From a virus (lineage: Duplodnaviria > Caudoviricetes): a stretch of DNA of 55,935 nt. The notes beneath the pieces were generated by a model. It worked only from the letters and a program-made list of their open reading frames with translations, ran no database searches and was not told the DNA's origin. The translations under genes were made by a program, and so were the position numbers. Position 1 is the first letter of the stretch, and each line of letters opens with the position of its first letter. Positions 24,653 through 34,010 of the stretch are shown piece by piece. The stretch lies in the IMG/VR virus record IMGVR_UViG_3300034658_000009, positions 1 to 55,935 of that record; one strand, given 5' to 3'.

Positions 24653-25037
24653 TGGCGGTCCCTTTGGTCAGCAGGTCGTACAGCGCGGCGGTTTCGGCCC
24701 GCTTATCGTGTCGGCGGCGTTTGCTGTCGCGCAACATCCCGCCCAGGTGCTCGAACAGGTGCATGGTGTAGCCTTTGGGGTCGGCGGCAAATTCTTCCAT
24801 ATCGATGTTCAGGCCCACCCCGAACTCGCCCCTGGTCATGAACTGCAGGCGCACGCCCAATTTCGGCTGCGTGACACGCTTCTCGATGATGATCGGGTCA
24901 ATCTGAATGTGGTCCACGTCGTTGCGATAGCGACCGCTCGGGACCGGCAGGCCGGCCTTGGCGATGGTCTGCGCAAACATCACGGCGATTTCCCGCTGAT
25001 CCATGGTCACCGGTTTGTTGCTGTCGAGAATCGGCAT
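24645..25037 (-). CDS. Hypothetical phage protein
   Basis: 130 aa between terL and portal; AAGGA RBS. Confidence 0.65.
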   Translation of the reverse strand: MPILDSNKPVTMDQREIAVMFAQTIAKAGLPVPSGRYRNDVDHIQIDPIIIEKRVTQPKLGVRLQFMTRGEFGVGLNIDMEEFAADPKGYTMHLFEHLGGMLRDSKRRRHDKRAETAALYDLLTKGTANG

Positions 25038-25046
25038 GGTGGTCCT

Positions 25047-26648
25047 TTAGGTGTGAGCGGCCCAACTTCCACGGCGGGAAGGTGGCCGGTTCTTGGCAAA
25101 ATCTTGTCGGGACAGTCGGGCAAACAGATCCGCCCGGGCCAGCGTCTCAAGGGCTTTTGCTCCGTGTGACGCCCAGTCGTGCCGTGGACGGTCCTTGTAA
25201 ATGCCTCGCTTGTCATCCCATTCCTTGCGGAAGTTATCGAGACACAGGACGCCCTGGGCGCAGGCTTCCTCGTCAATCCAGCACGAGGGCAAGAACTGAC
25301 GGACAGCCTGGACGCCCTCGGCGTGATTGCTGATACGCGGAATGGTTTCAAAGTGGATACCGAACTGTTTGGCCACATCGGAGCGAGACATCCCGGTACC
25401 CAACTCCCTGACCGCCAGATCGTGCGGACCATAATGCCCGCCGTACCGGTAGCCTTTATTGTTCAGTTGGTCGGCGTAATACTCGATGCCCTCGCCCTCG
25501 CCTTCCAGGTAGTCGATCAGGTGAACTTCCCGCCCGACAATCTGCGCAAACCAGATCGCCATGGTGTCGTTCATGCCCAGATCCCAGCCGGTGAATACCG
25601 GTAGTTGCGGGTTGACCTGAACCTGAGTGGTAAGGCGCTTGTTCTTACGCAGGAACTGCATCTGCGTGGCGTAGTACGCACCCTCTACCGACTGCTCGAA
25701 CGCTTCTTCGGGGGTCGATGGGTATTCCCGCTGCATGTCGTCCTGCAGCGTCTGCTCTTTCTTTGCATACCAGGCGCGCTGGCCTACGGTGGTCCGTATG
25801 CTGTGCTTGTGTTCCAGGCGCTCGAAGTACTCTTGTAGGCGCTGCGGGATAGACACCGCTTTCGGGTCCATCGTGTAGGCTGGCTCCTGCCACCACGGAA
25901 AGAAGTGGAAATGGAAATCCAGATCCGTTGGCGTGCGCTGCAGTTGCTGGAGGTGCTGAGCCTGCTCGCAGTAGTTGAAGAAGTAGCCTTCCCGGCCCTC
26001 GGCGGTGGATTCCAGAGTAATCTGGTTGCCGATGCCAACAGCCTCGAATGCCCCGGTTACAATCTCCTGCGCCTTGTGCGGGTAGCGTTTACAGATCTTG
26101 CCGAACTCCGACACATGGAGCCGCTGCAACGTACCGCCCCGGTAACTGGTGGAGACGTTGATGGACGAATCGTTGTCGAAGACGTAGGCGCCAGACCCGC
26201 TCTTGTCGCTGACTGGCCGAGGAAATCTCAGGCCAATCTGATCGAAGATCGCCAGCCAGGCGTCCGGGATGTTCTTGTACGCGAAAACGATCTTGTTCCG
26301 GAAAATGTCCTTGGCGTCATCCAGATTGTGGCAAATGCAGCCAGCACTGAAGTTGTCCGTAAACAGGCAATCGTCCAGGGCGTCGATCATCTCGAACGTC
26401 GTAAAGCCCAACTGTCGGGCCTTCAGGATGATGTTGCGCGAATGGCCCTCGATGTAACGCTTGCGCTGGGCGGCGTTGGGCTTGAACCGAATCTTTCGCC
26501 CCTGCTTGTCCTTGATGTAGTACAGGGAGCATATGCGGAACCACTTGAGCGCCAGCGCTTCAACCAGGTGTTCCTTTTCGGTGACCTCGCCAGCCTCCAT
26601 GGCGGCCAAATAGGCTTCGGCCAGCCTGACCTCGGCAGCCCGATTCAT
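25047..26648 (-). CDS. terL: Terminase large subunit
   Basis: ILKARQLGFTT (Walker A), LHVSEFG (Walker B), ESTAEG, WDLGMNDT, HDWASHGA. Confidence 0.95.
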   Translation of the reverse strand: MNRAAEVRLAEAYLAAMEAGEVTEKEHLVEALALKWFRICSLYYIKDKQGRKIRFKPNAAQRKRYIEGHSRNIILKARQLGFTTFEMIDALDDCLFTDNFSAGCICHNLDDAKDIFRNKIVFAYKNIPDAWLAIFDQIGLRFPRPVSDKSGSGAYVFDNDSSINVSTSYRGGTLQRLHVSEFGKICKRYPHKAQEIVTGAFEAVGIGNQITLESTAEGREGYFFNYCEQAQHLQQLQRTPTDLDFHFHFFPWWQEPAYTMDPKAVSIPQRLQEYFERLEHKHSIRTTVGQRAWYAKKEQTLQDDMQREYPSTPEEAFEQSVEGAYYATQMQFLRKNKRLTTQVQVNPQLPVFTGWDLGMNDTMAIWFAQIVGREVHLIDYLEGEGEGIEYYADQLNNKGYRYGGHYGPHDLAVRELGTGMSRSDVAKQFGIHFETIPRISNHAEGVQAVRQFLPSCWIDEEACAQGVLCLDNFRKEWDDKRGIYKDRPRHDWASHGAKALETLARADLFARLSRQDFAKNRPPSRRGSWAAHT

Positions 26649-27199
26649 CCTTCACCGCGGACTTCGGCTATCAGTTCTTGTAGCGACTTGGCTTTTTGCT
26701 TGTTGTCTTTCTCGTACAGGCCCAGGTACTTCATCAGCTTTTCCTGCGCGGGGCCCTTATCGGCCAACTTGTACTCGTAGCGCTTCATCCCGGCCCCGCC
26801 ATCTTCACCCAGAACGGTGGTGACCTTCAGACCCACGACGGCGGCAGCAATGTTGTCGTCCAGATCCTTTGGGGAAAGCGGCATGCCGTCGCCATCAAAC
26901 AGGTTGCGCATGTCGTACATGCCGCACCGGAACACCTCTTTCAGCACCCGGTCCTGCGTAATGTCTGCCGCCTCGGCCACCGCGTCCGTCTTTTCCCGCA
27001 GATAGGCCTGCGTGTACGGGTGGTTCAGGTACTCGCTACCCATGGCCTCGCAGACTTTCTTGCTGGCGTTCGGGTGTCCGATCTTGTAGCACTTCGCGGC
27101 ATCGCCACGGACCTTATCGTCCGAACTGCCGCGCCACATGTCGGCGAACTCTCGTAGCTTCGCCTTGGTTGATTCTCTTGGATTCGCTCCGAGCGGCAT
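26645..27199 (-). CDS. terS: Terminase small subunit
   Basis: ITQDRVLKE...KLADKGPAQEKLMKYLG; directly upstream of terL. Confidence 0.85.
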   Translation of the reverse strand: MPLGANPRESTKAKLREFADMWRGSSDDKVRGDAAKCYKIGHPNASKKVCEAMGSEYLNHPYTQAYLREKTDAVAEAADITQDRVLKEVFRCGMYDMRNLFDGDGMPLSPKDLDDNIAAAVVGLKVTTVLGEDGGAGMKRYEYKLADKGPAQEKLMKYLGLYEKDNKQKAKSLQELIAEVRGEG

Positions 27200-27522
27200 T
27201 AGATTTCCCACCACTTCACTGACACTTCTACCTCTGACCACGCCAGCCCGCCAACGCTGTCCATGTCATAGATCGTCAGATAGCAGGTGTACTTACCGGG
27301 CTTGATCGGGGCGGCGCCCAACTGAGCCACGACAACCGTGTTGCTGTCCGACAACCCAAGCATTGGCCCATCGGTGTCATAGGTGACACCTACGCCGGTA
27401 GCGAACGCATCGCCAGGGACGTGGAGCGCAGCCCTGGTGACAATATTTGGCGAAACCACGGCACCGTCCTGCATGAGCTGCAATCGAATGCGGTTGTCTC
27501 GACCCAGATAGACTGTTGCCAT
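27199..27522 (-). CDS. Small Ig/BppU-like structural protein
   Basis: VYLGRDNRIRLQL...PGKYTCYLTIYD. Confidence 0.55.
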   Translation of the reverse strand: MATVYLGRDNRIRLQLMQDGAVVSPNIVTRAALHVPGDAFATGVGVTYDTDGPMLGLSDSNTVVVAQLGAAPIKPGKYTCYLTIYDMDSVGGLAWSEVEVSVKWWEI

Positions 27523-27523
27523 G

Positions 27524-27895
27524 TTAGGCGCTCGCAGTGTAAACCAGCGACGACACGCTCACAGTGTCCCCCGCCGCAATAGCAAGACTGGATAGATTGA
27601 GGTCCGCCCCTGAGGTGCCAACTGAGCCTCGATACACTTCCGTGCCAGCGGAGTCGGTCACCTTGAACTTCGCAGCGGTGCCGCCAGTGGCGTTTGTGGC
27701 GTCGGCTATTGCGTTGGCAGTGATTGCACCGCTCACTGCCGCGCCATACGCCGGGTCGCTCATGGTCAGCGTGGCCACTGCGGCGTCAGCGCTCGTCATA
27801 ATCACCAGCAGGGCGGGCCCGGCTCCAGCATTGGCTGCGGTATTGATGGCGTTCGCCAGGGTGTTTCGTACCGCGGTTGTATGAGTCAGTGCCAT
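27524..27895 (-). CDS. Small A/T/S-rich fibre-base-type structural protein
   Basis: RNTLANAI...GTAAKFKVTDS...GSVGTSGADLNL; GAGG RBS. Confidence 0.7.
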   Translation of the reverse strand: MALTHTTAVRNTLANAINTAANAGAGPALLVIMTSADAAVATLTMSDPAYGAAVSGAITANAIADATNATGGTAAKFKVTDSAGTEVYRGSVGTSGADLNLSSLAIAAGDTVSVSSLVYTASA

Positions 27896-27908
27896 GATAG
27901 TTCCTCGA

Positions 27909-28238
27909 TCAGTTTACTTTGACGCCGTAACGAGCTGTAATCTCGCGGGTCGCTGTGTTTTTGGTGGGTCTGGCGAGCGCCCTGCCGCCCGCAGCCTGAT
28001 GTGCTGCTTTGTCTGGTTGATGGCTGCCGGAAGCAACAACAACCCTTGCTCCGAATGCTGCATGAGTCGCCGGTCGCGAAATATGAATCGCCTCGCCGAC
28101 GACGGCCCTTGTTGCAATCGCGCTGTGGCTTGCGCTCTGCGCTGCGTGGGTAGCACTCCCCGCTATTATTCGTGCGCCTGTACCACCGTGGGTAGCAACC
28201 TGAGCATTGTGGGCAGATGTTCCGGTGATGACTGCCAT
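27909..28238 (-). CDS. His-periodic 21-aa repeat protein
   Basis: Four 21-aa repeats, each with His at positions 10 and 17; TAATG-coupled to the upstream gene. Confidence 0.7.
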   Translation of the reverse strand: MAVITGTSAHNAQVATHGGTGARIIAGSATHAAQSASHSAIATRAVVGEAIHISRPATHAAFGARVVVASGSHQPDKAAHQAAGGRALARPTKNTATREITARYGVKVN

Positions 28239-30307
28239 TACTGCATCCGATTGATGATGACCACACGGAAGCTGAACACGCCTGTGCGCTTTCCGGTGGT
28301 GGAGATTTTTAGCTGAACCAGTGAAGACTGGCTATCGGTGACCTTGCCCGCCTCCAGCCAGACCTTAACGCGACTGGTGCCGGTGATGGGGTTTGACGCC
28401 AGCACAGTCAGCGCCTCTGCAATCTCGGTGACTTCGTGTGAGCCCCGGGCCAGAGAGCCGCCCTGCTCTGCAATCCAGTCGGTCAGATCAAAGTCGTAGT
28501 CCAGAATCTCGCCAGACTGCAGGAAGAACAGCGGCTCGCTGGACTTGAACTGAAGCAGCCTGTTGGCGACGAAGGTCCGCTTGGTCGGAGCCACAACGTC
28601 CATCGGGTACTGAATGGCAGGCTCAACGGTGACCGTCCGGGTCGCTGTGCCGATATTGCCGGCCGCGTCTGCAACCGAATAGGTCAGCGTGTAGGTATTA
28701 GGCACGGCGGTATTCACCGAGCCCGACACGGTCACGGAGCCTGTCAGGTCGCCATCCACATCATCTGTGGCGCTGAATCCAGGATCAATCCATGTATCGC
28801 CCTGGGTTAGCGTCTGGTTGCCGCCGCTGAGGGTAATGACCGGGGCGGTTGTGTCTTCCGGCACAAATTCGGTGACTGTGACAGTTCGGGTGGTGCTTGA
28901 CTGGTTGCCGGAGGCGTCCGTAGCGGTGTACGTCAGGACGTAGGTGCCAACGGTCGAGGTATCGACAGTGCCTGTTACCACAACGCCAGTTACTGAAATA
29001 TCGCCATCAGCGTTGTCGATCGCTTCATAACCTGGCTCAACCCATGCACTGCCCTGAACAATGCTCTGGTTGCCGCCAGTCAGCGAGATAACCGGGGGCA
29101 CTGTATCTGCCAGGGTCGTGCTGGTGAATGTGCCGGTCACACCACCAATGGTCAGGAACGTTTCACGCACACCATCGTAACCGCCACTCGAATACTCGCC
29201 ACTGGACGTATGACGCACTCGCACGCGGTAATTCAGGCGGACAACGGTGTCGGCACTGGTCCAGCCGCCATACGTGCTGCCCCCGTCAGTGGATACGGAA
29301 TACTGGCTGCCGGTATCGCCGGCCACGGAGATCGGAATATCAACGCCCGCATCCACACCGGTCACTGTGATCGCATTCGATGTAACAGTAATGCCGCGTG
29401 CGACATTGGTTTGCGCAGTAAAGTTGAAGGCGGTCGGGGTGGTATCCACGCCCGCCGCCGTCGTGAACGTGGTTTTGGTGATGATGCCGCCGGCATCCGC
29501 ATTGAAGGCGCGAATCCAGAAGTCGTAGGGCGTGCTGGACGAAAGGGTGGTCAGCCCCACTGGGTCGCTGGTGGTTACCCAGGTTGCGCCAAGGTCCAGA
29601 CTGTACTCAAAGCCGGTCAGGTCGGCCCGGTCGTAGCTGAAATTGATCGTTGCCGCGTTGCGAGAGGCGTTGATGCTATCAATCGTGACCGTACCGTTCG
29701 GCCCCAGGTCCTCAATGGTGACGATGCGACTCTCAATCGCACCGGTTTCGTGCAGGTAGAACTCCAGGGTGGCCGATGCCGTGCCGGACTCTACACCATC
29801 GGCCATCGTAATGTACGGGGTAATATCATCCAGCCAGGCGCCGTCGGCGTCGATCTGAGCCCAGGCAACTGTCATGACCGCCGGGTCGGTATCGCTGGCA
29901 ATACGAATCTCATACGGCTGCGCGGTAGCCAGTTGGATGCCGAACAGAACAGACAGCGCATTCGGATCACCGTGCTGCGTGTTGGCATACGGGAACAGGT
30001 TGCTGTAGTCCGTGGTGCCGGCCACGGTGTAACCGTCCACATCCACCTGAATCTCTGCAGTGGCATCATCCGGCAGGCGCGGCACCGGGAAGGTGAAGTC
30101 ACCGGCACCCGCATCGGTCAGAACCACAACCGTGCCGTTCAGTCGGGCCGCCGTCGGCGGATTGGTGTTGCCTGTCAGCGTAATGGTGGCCGTATCGCCT
30201 TCGGTCAGTGACGCCGGAACTGCAAGGTCTGGGCCTGCTGTAAACGCACCGGTATACCCAAACTCCAGCGCCCCATCGTTCGCCACATACCCGAAGTTCA
30301 GATCCAT
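28238..30307 (-). CDS. Ig-like/FN3 repeat structural protein (two DUF5011-like domains, C-terminal fibre-adaptor-like domain)
   Basis: DTVPPVISLTGG...GTYVLTYTATDASGN and DTTAPVITLSGG...TYTLTYSVADAAGN; LSSSTPYDFWIRAFN; ILDYDFDLTDW. Confidence 0.8.
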   Translation of the reverse strand: MDLNFGYVANDGALEFGYTGAFTAGPDLAVPASLTEGDTATITLTGNTNPPTAARLNGTVVVLTDAGAGDFTFPVPRLPDDATAEIQVDVDGYTVAGTTDYSNLFPYANTQHGDPNALSVLFGIQLATAQPYEIRIASDTDPAVMTVAWAQIDADGAWLDDITPYITMADGVESGTASATLEFYLHETGAIESRIVTIEDLGPNGTVTIDSINASRNAATINFSYDRADLTGFEYSLDLGATWVTTSDPVGLTTLSSSTPYDFWIRAFNADAGGIITKTTFTTAAGVDTTPTAFNFTAQTNVARGITVTSNAITVTGVDAGVDIPISVAGDTGSQYSVSTDGGSTYGGWTSADTVVRLNYRVRVRHTSSGEYSSGGYDGVRETFLTIGGVTGTFTSTTLADTVPPVISLTGGNQSIVQGSAWVEPGYEAIDNADGDISVTGVVVTGTVDTSTVGTYVLTYTATDASGNQSSTTRTVTVTEFVPEDTTAPVITLSGGNQTLTQGDTWIDPGFSATDDVDGDLTGSVTVSGSVNTAVPNTYTLTYSVADAAGNIGTATRTVTVEPAIQYPMDVVAPTKRTFVANRLLQFKSSEPLFFLQSGEILDYDFDLTDWIAEQGGSLARGSHEVTEIAEALTVLASNPITGTSRVKVWLEAGKVTDSQSSLVQLKISTTGKRTGVFSFRVVIINRMQ

Positions 30308-31452
30308 CAGATTGCCTCCAGGGCCTGCTCAAAGGTAACGCCCACATCGGACGTTGCGCTGTGCAGGCTGACCTTGAGCGTGTCGCCTATGGCTTCGGAG
30401 ATATCGGACAGGTCAATCGCGCTGATGATGCCGCTGGCGTCCGTGGTGATACCGGTCAACTGCTTCACTACGGTTCCGGAGCTGTTCACGGCGTCCAGGG
30501 TCAGGTCGGTGAGACTGACAAGCAATCCACCATCTTTACGAGCGGTATTAGTCGGAAGCCCAACGACATTCACCTGCACCGAAATCGTCTCAGTCGCCGC
30601 CGCGTCATCCGTCAGCACCAGGTTATAGGTGCCAGACGTGGCAATCGTGGCGTCCGAGTCGGTCAGGGTGACGGTTGTGCCGACGTGGCTGTCTACGGTA
30701 ATGGCGTTGCCGTTCAGGGTGGCGCTGGTGACTGTGCCTGCCAGGGTGGTTTCGACAGTGAACTGGGAGCCTTTGCGGAGAGTTGGGTTGTTGGCTACAG
30801 GGCCTGTCGGGAGCGCATCACCGTCGTTTGCGGCAGAAATTTCATGCACCGCGAGCGTATCAACAACATCGCCAGTGACTTGCCTTAAAAGTGCGCTGAT
30901 GCCAAAGAAGCCGGCTACAGCCAGGGGGCTCGGGTCAGTATATGAAATATCCGCAGCAGCAGGCCGTGATCCGCCAATGTCCCAGGACCTAACCTCAATC
31001 AAGGCACCGTCTCTTATAATTTCAATATAGCGACTGGTTACGCCCGCTGTTCCAAGGCCGCTGGCAGAGCCAACTTCTGACTCCGTGCCGGCGTCGTATT
31101 TCGACAGCCTGAAATTGCTGCCATACCAAACCGTATAACCGCTCTTATTTGCATCGCTCGTGCCGGAGCCGCTAAGAATAGGGCCTACAATCTGGCCGGG
31201 GTTGAGGCCGGTGTGGTTATCGAATGTTCCCAGGAATCGGACGGTAGTCTTCCCGGAGGTGGTGCCGACCAGCCAGGAAATGGCGGATCTCAGGAAATCT
31301 CCAGATACCCAGTTAATCCGCAAGCTGGAATCTGACTCTGCAAGCGGGTTTCCTGCTTCCACCACTTGCGCCGCGCTGCCAAACTCGAGCGCGAAATCCG
31401 GATGAGCCTGCCCTGCGGTCGCGCCGTTGAAGTTTTCAAAGAACTGACTCAT
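30307..31452 (-). CDS. Lectin/jelly-roll-like plus Ig-like structural protein
   Basis: 381 aa, beta-rich, T/G/S-rich; FFENF N-terminus. Confidence 0.55.
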   Translation of the reverse strand: MSQFFENFNGATAGQAHPDFALEFGSAAQVVEAGNPLAESDSSLRINWVSGDFLRSAISWLVGTTSGKTTVRFLGTFDNHTGLNPGQIVGPILSGSGTSDANKSGYTVWYGSNFRLSKYDAGTESEVGSASGLGTAGVTSRYIEIIRDGALIEVRSWDIGGSRPAAADISYTDPSPLAVAGFFGISALLRQVTGDVVDTLAVHEISAANDGDALPTGPVANNPTLRKGSQFTVETTLAGTVTSATLNGNAITVDSHVGTTVTLTDSDATIATSGTYNLVLTDDAAATETISVQVNVVGLPTNTARKDGGLLVSLTDLTLDAVNSSGTVVKQLTGITTDASGIISAIDLSDISEAIGDTLKVSLHSATSDVGVTFEQALEAI

Positions 31453-32393
31453 AGCAGACTCGCTGTTGAAAGGTTGAAGTCGTCAATAAGAAATTCGGTT
31501 TGCTCGGCATAGCCGGAGTTATCGGCGCCCATCAGATAACCGAAGCTCCAGCCCGGAAAGCTTCCATCGGTCGGCAGGTTGAACGGCTCGCCGAGTAGTT
31601 CGTGGGTCTTCTGCCAGACAGAGCCGCTCTCGGCCCACTTTCTCCAGACCTCTACGCTGCCATCCGATGCGCCCGGCGTAGACTCCGTGACAACCTTAAC
31701 GGCCAGGTACATGTGCCGCCCCTGGTCGTCTGGATAGGTGATAAATGGAACGGAGCCCCTGTCACCACCGTTGCCTACACCGATGGTTTTCAGGTAGAAG
31801 TTGCTACCTCCTGCGCCGTCAGGTCTGAACTCCATACCGACCTTGGCGCCTGTGCCCGTATAACTGTCCATCCAGATAAAGAAAAGCTTGTTGTTCGGCG
31901 TAGGGGAATAGGACTCGCCGTATATGTCGGGCACGTTCTCGTGGATGTAATTAAGCGGAACTCGCATGGCAAACCGCATCCACAGCGTTTTCTCTGAGCG
32001 GCCAACAAGTCGCCAGCGCTGCTCGGCAAATACATTTGTGTCAGTGCCTTCATTGAAGGCGAACCGCATGGAGTTTTCGCCGTTAAGGGCCGTCCAGTCT
32101 CGCGGATCGCCTACAAGCTCGTTATAAATGCTGGAGCCGTTATAGATGACAGTCGGATTGCCTGACGGGCTCATTGTCACCAGGGAGGTGAAGCGCATTT
32201 CTGTCCAGTCGAAGTCGGGATACCCGGCCGCAGACAAATCCCCGGACTCAAAGCCATCACTGACAATGTTGCCGGCAGGCAGGCTCAGATCTGGCTCGAA
32301 CGGACCTGCGGAGCCTCCACCCCCAGAGCCAGCCTGCCGCGCCACCGCCAACGTAATATTCGGTACGCTCAATGGGGAATCGGATGTGGCCAT
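31449..32393 (-). CDS. Polysaccharide-lyase/ConA-like jelly-roll protein
   Basis: SDGFESGDLS, LWMRF, NNKLFFIW, DGSVEVW, FLIDDFNLS. Confidence 0.55.
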   Translation of the reverse strand: MATSDSPLSVPNITLAVARQAGSGGGGSAGPFEPDLSLPAGNIVSDGFESGDLSAAGYPDFDWTEMRFTSLVTMSPSGNPTVIYNGSSIYNELVGDPRDWTALNGENSMRFAFNEGTDTNVFAEQRWRLVGRSEKTLWMRFAMRVPLNYIHENVPDIYGESYSPTPNNKLFFIWMDSYTGTGAKVGMEFRPDGAGGSNFYLKTIGVGNGGDRGSVPFITYPDDQGRHMYLAVKVVTESTPGASDGSVEVWRKWAESGSVWQKTHELLGEPFNLPTDGSFPGWSFGYLMGADNSGYAEQTEFLIDDFNLSTASLL

Positions 32394-32620
32394 TACTTGG
32401 TTGCCTCGTTGATTGCGTCCACCAGGCCGTTGTGCCGGGTCTTGCAGTCGTGATATTGATTGGCCCAATCGCGCATCGTCAGAACTACGTCTTTTCCGGT
32501 GCCGTCAGTCAGCATCGGAAGCTCTTGCGGGCACTTGGTCAGAAGGTTCTCCGGGGGCCTTTCCTTGGGCTGAAAGATTAAGCAGCCGGAAAGCGTCATC
32601 GCCAGGAGGGATACAAACAT
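32393..32620 (-). CDS. o-spanin (Rz1-like lipoprotein)
   Basis: Lipobox LSGC; PPENLLTKCP; CKTRHNGLV; overlaps the i-spanin. Confidence 0.85.
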   Translation of the reverse strand: MFVSLLAMTLSGCLIFQPKERPPENLLTKCPQELPMLTDGTGKDVVLTMRDWANQYHDCKTRHNGLVDAINEATK

Positions 32621-32885
32621 TGCGGAAAACAGGCTTTTCAATCTCACGGATGATCCCCCTGTCGATAACTCGTTCATTGGCGCGGAGTGTGGATAGGCGC
32701 TGCTCGACATTGCGGGAGTGTCCGGCAAAGTCTTCACGTACCTGTGCGGCCAGTGCGTTCTGAGCCTCAAGTGCGGCGAGATCCTTGGAATCCTCAAACT
32801 TGCCCTTGACCAGCCATCCAGCACCGAAGGCAGCGGATACAGCGATTGCGCCAACGGCGAGCTTTGCTTTTAGGCCGAAGATCAT
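32505..32885 (-). CDS. i-spanin (Rz-like)
   Basis: N-terminal TM, coiled coil, IEKPVFRNVC. Confidence 0.8.
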   Translation of the reverse strand: MIFGLKAKLAVGAIAVSAAFGAGWLVKGKFEDSKDLAALEAQNALAAQVREDFAGHSRNVEQRLSTLRANERVIDRGIIREIEKPVFRNVCIPPGDDAFRLLNLSAQGKAPGEPSDQVPARASDAD

Positions 32886-33103
32886 TGTTTGCCCTTGAGC
32901 GCTTCCACGGCATTGCCACCGTAGTAGTAGAGAAGGTTTGCGGAGAACACCCATGCCAGCGTCTGAGCCAGCGGCACAACGTCTGTGGCGACGTTATCGG
33001 CGGCCATAGCTATCAGGATGAACAGAAGGCACAAAAGGCTGATGTAGGCCATGACACGGCGGTGGAACCACCACTGGTTCGGGTTTGGGTGGTTATCGTT
33101 CAC
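32882..33103 (-). CDS. Holin-like 2-TM protein
   Basis: RRVMAY followed by two TM segments; within the lysis cassette. Confidence 0.65.
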   Translation of the reverse strand: MNDNHPNPNQWWFHRRVMAYISLLCLLFILIAMAADNVATDVVPLAQTLAWVFSANLLYYYGGNAVEALKGKQ

Positions 33104-33380
33104 GGTCACTCTCGATAATCCTGTCCAACTTGCTCTCAATGCGGAGCATGTAAGCCCGGATCTCGTCGAATTTCTTGTCCGTCCGCGCCTGATCGGATGC
33201 CCGGACCTCCTGAATGTGCTTGATGTTCAGTTCAACCTGGCTGATGCGAGAGTCCTGCTGGAAGAAGAACCACATAACCGATACGAACATGACCGCCGTG
33301 GTCACAATGTGGCCAAGGTTGATGGTCTTGCTGACGTGCCAGCGTCCGTCTTCACGGTCGTGTGGGCTCTGTTCGGGCAT
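33093..33380 (-). CDS. Holin/antiholin-like protein (1 TM plus coiled coil)
   Basis: INLGHIVTTAVMFVSVMWFFF followed by a coiled coil. Confidence 0.6.
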   Translation of the reverse strand: MPEQSPHDREDGRWHVSKTINLGHIVTTAVMFVSVMWFFFQQDSRISQVELNIKHIQEVRASDQARTDKKFDEIRAYMLRIESKLDRIIESDRER

Positions 33381-33400
33381 GGAAACTCCGGCAAATACAA

Positions 33401-33808
33401 TCAGGCCCGCTGAGCGAGCATCACAGGTGTGGGGTCGATGTAATCGCCGTCTGCGTTCTTGATTTCAAGGTGCAGGTGCGGCGTGATGCCCGAATACCGA
33501 TCACGTAAATCCTGGGCCTCACCGATGAGGGTGCTTTTGCTGACCTTCTGGCCCTTCTCGACAGCCGGCTCCACGTAGAAGACGCGGAACTGGTAGCCCT
33601 GATCGCTGATTTCGACGTAGCGGTAACTGAGGTCATCGAGGTAGGTGTAGCCCAGCTTGGTGACAGTGCCGGCTACTGGCGAATAGACCAGGGTGCGAGG
33701 CTTGCAGGCCAGATCGAGGCCGTAATGCTTGCGGGTGCCGCGTGATGCGCCGAAATGGCCGCAGCCATGACCGTCACACTTGCGTTCGGACATTTCGTGC
33801 AGGTGCAT
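33401..33808 (-). CDS. Endolysin, M23 peptidase, LECT2-like
   Basis: HYGLD (HxxxD) and HLHLE (HxH); first gene of the lysis cassette; GGAGG RBS before ATG 33808. Confidence 0.85.
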   Translation of the reverse strand: MHLHEMSERKCDGHGCGHFGASRGTRKHYGLDLACKPRTLVYSPVAGTVTKLGYTYLDDLSYRYVEISDQGYQFRVFYVEPAVEKGQKVSKSTLIGEAQDLRDRYSGITPHLHLEIKNADGDYIDPTPVMLAQRA

Positions 33809-33824
33809 GGCGACCTCCGGGCAT

Positions 33825-33859
33825 AAAAAAGGCCTCGGGTCGCGAAGACGGTCGAGGCC
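33825..33859 (-). terminator. Intrinsic terminator upstream of lysis (tR'-like)
   Basis: GGCCTCG...CGAGGCC followed by TTTTTT. Confidence 0.7.
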
Positions 33860-33967
33860 AAGGGTCATGTGTGGTTGTGGCTACTGAGTTACAAAGAGGG
33901 CGCCAACCTCACCGAGCGGCTATGGGTATGCACCGGCCAGGCCGCACGTTGTATCTGGTTCGGGCAC

Positions 33968-34001
33968 AAAAAAGCCGCGACGGCGGAACCGGGCGGCTTT
34001 T
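33968..34001. terminator. Bidirectional intrinsic terminator
   Basis: AAAAAAGCCGC...GCGGCTTTT. Confidence 0.7.
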
Positions 34002-34010
34002 GGGGATATT

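Noticed and set aside
20144-30211. Long plus-strand ORFs (20144-21034, 23486-24346, 24312-25169, 25905-26780, 29210-30211)
   Set aside because: All are antisense to clear capsid, portal, terminase or Ig genes; shadow ORFs in GC-rich DNA
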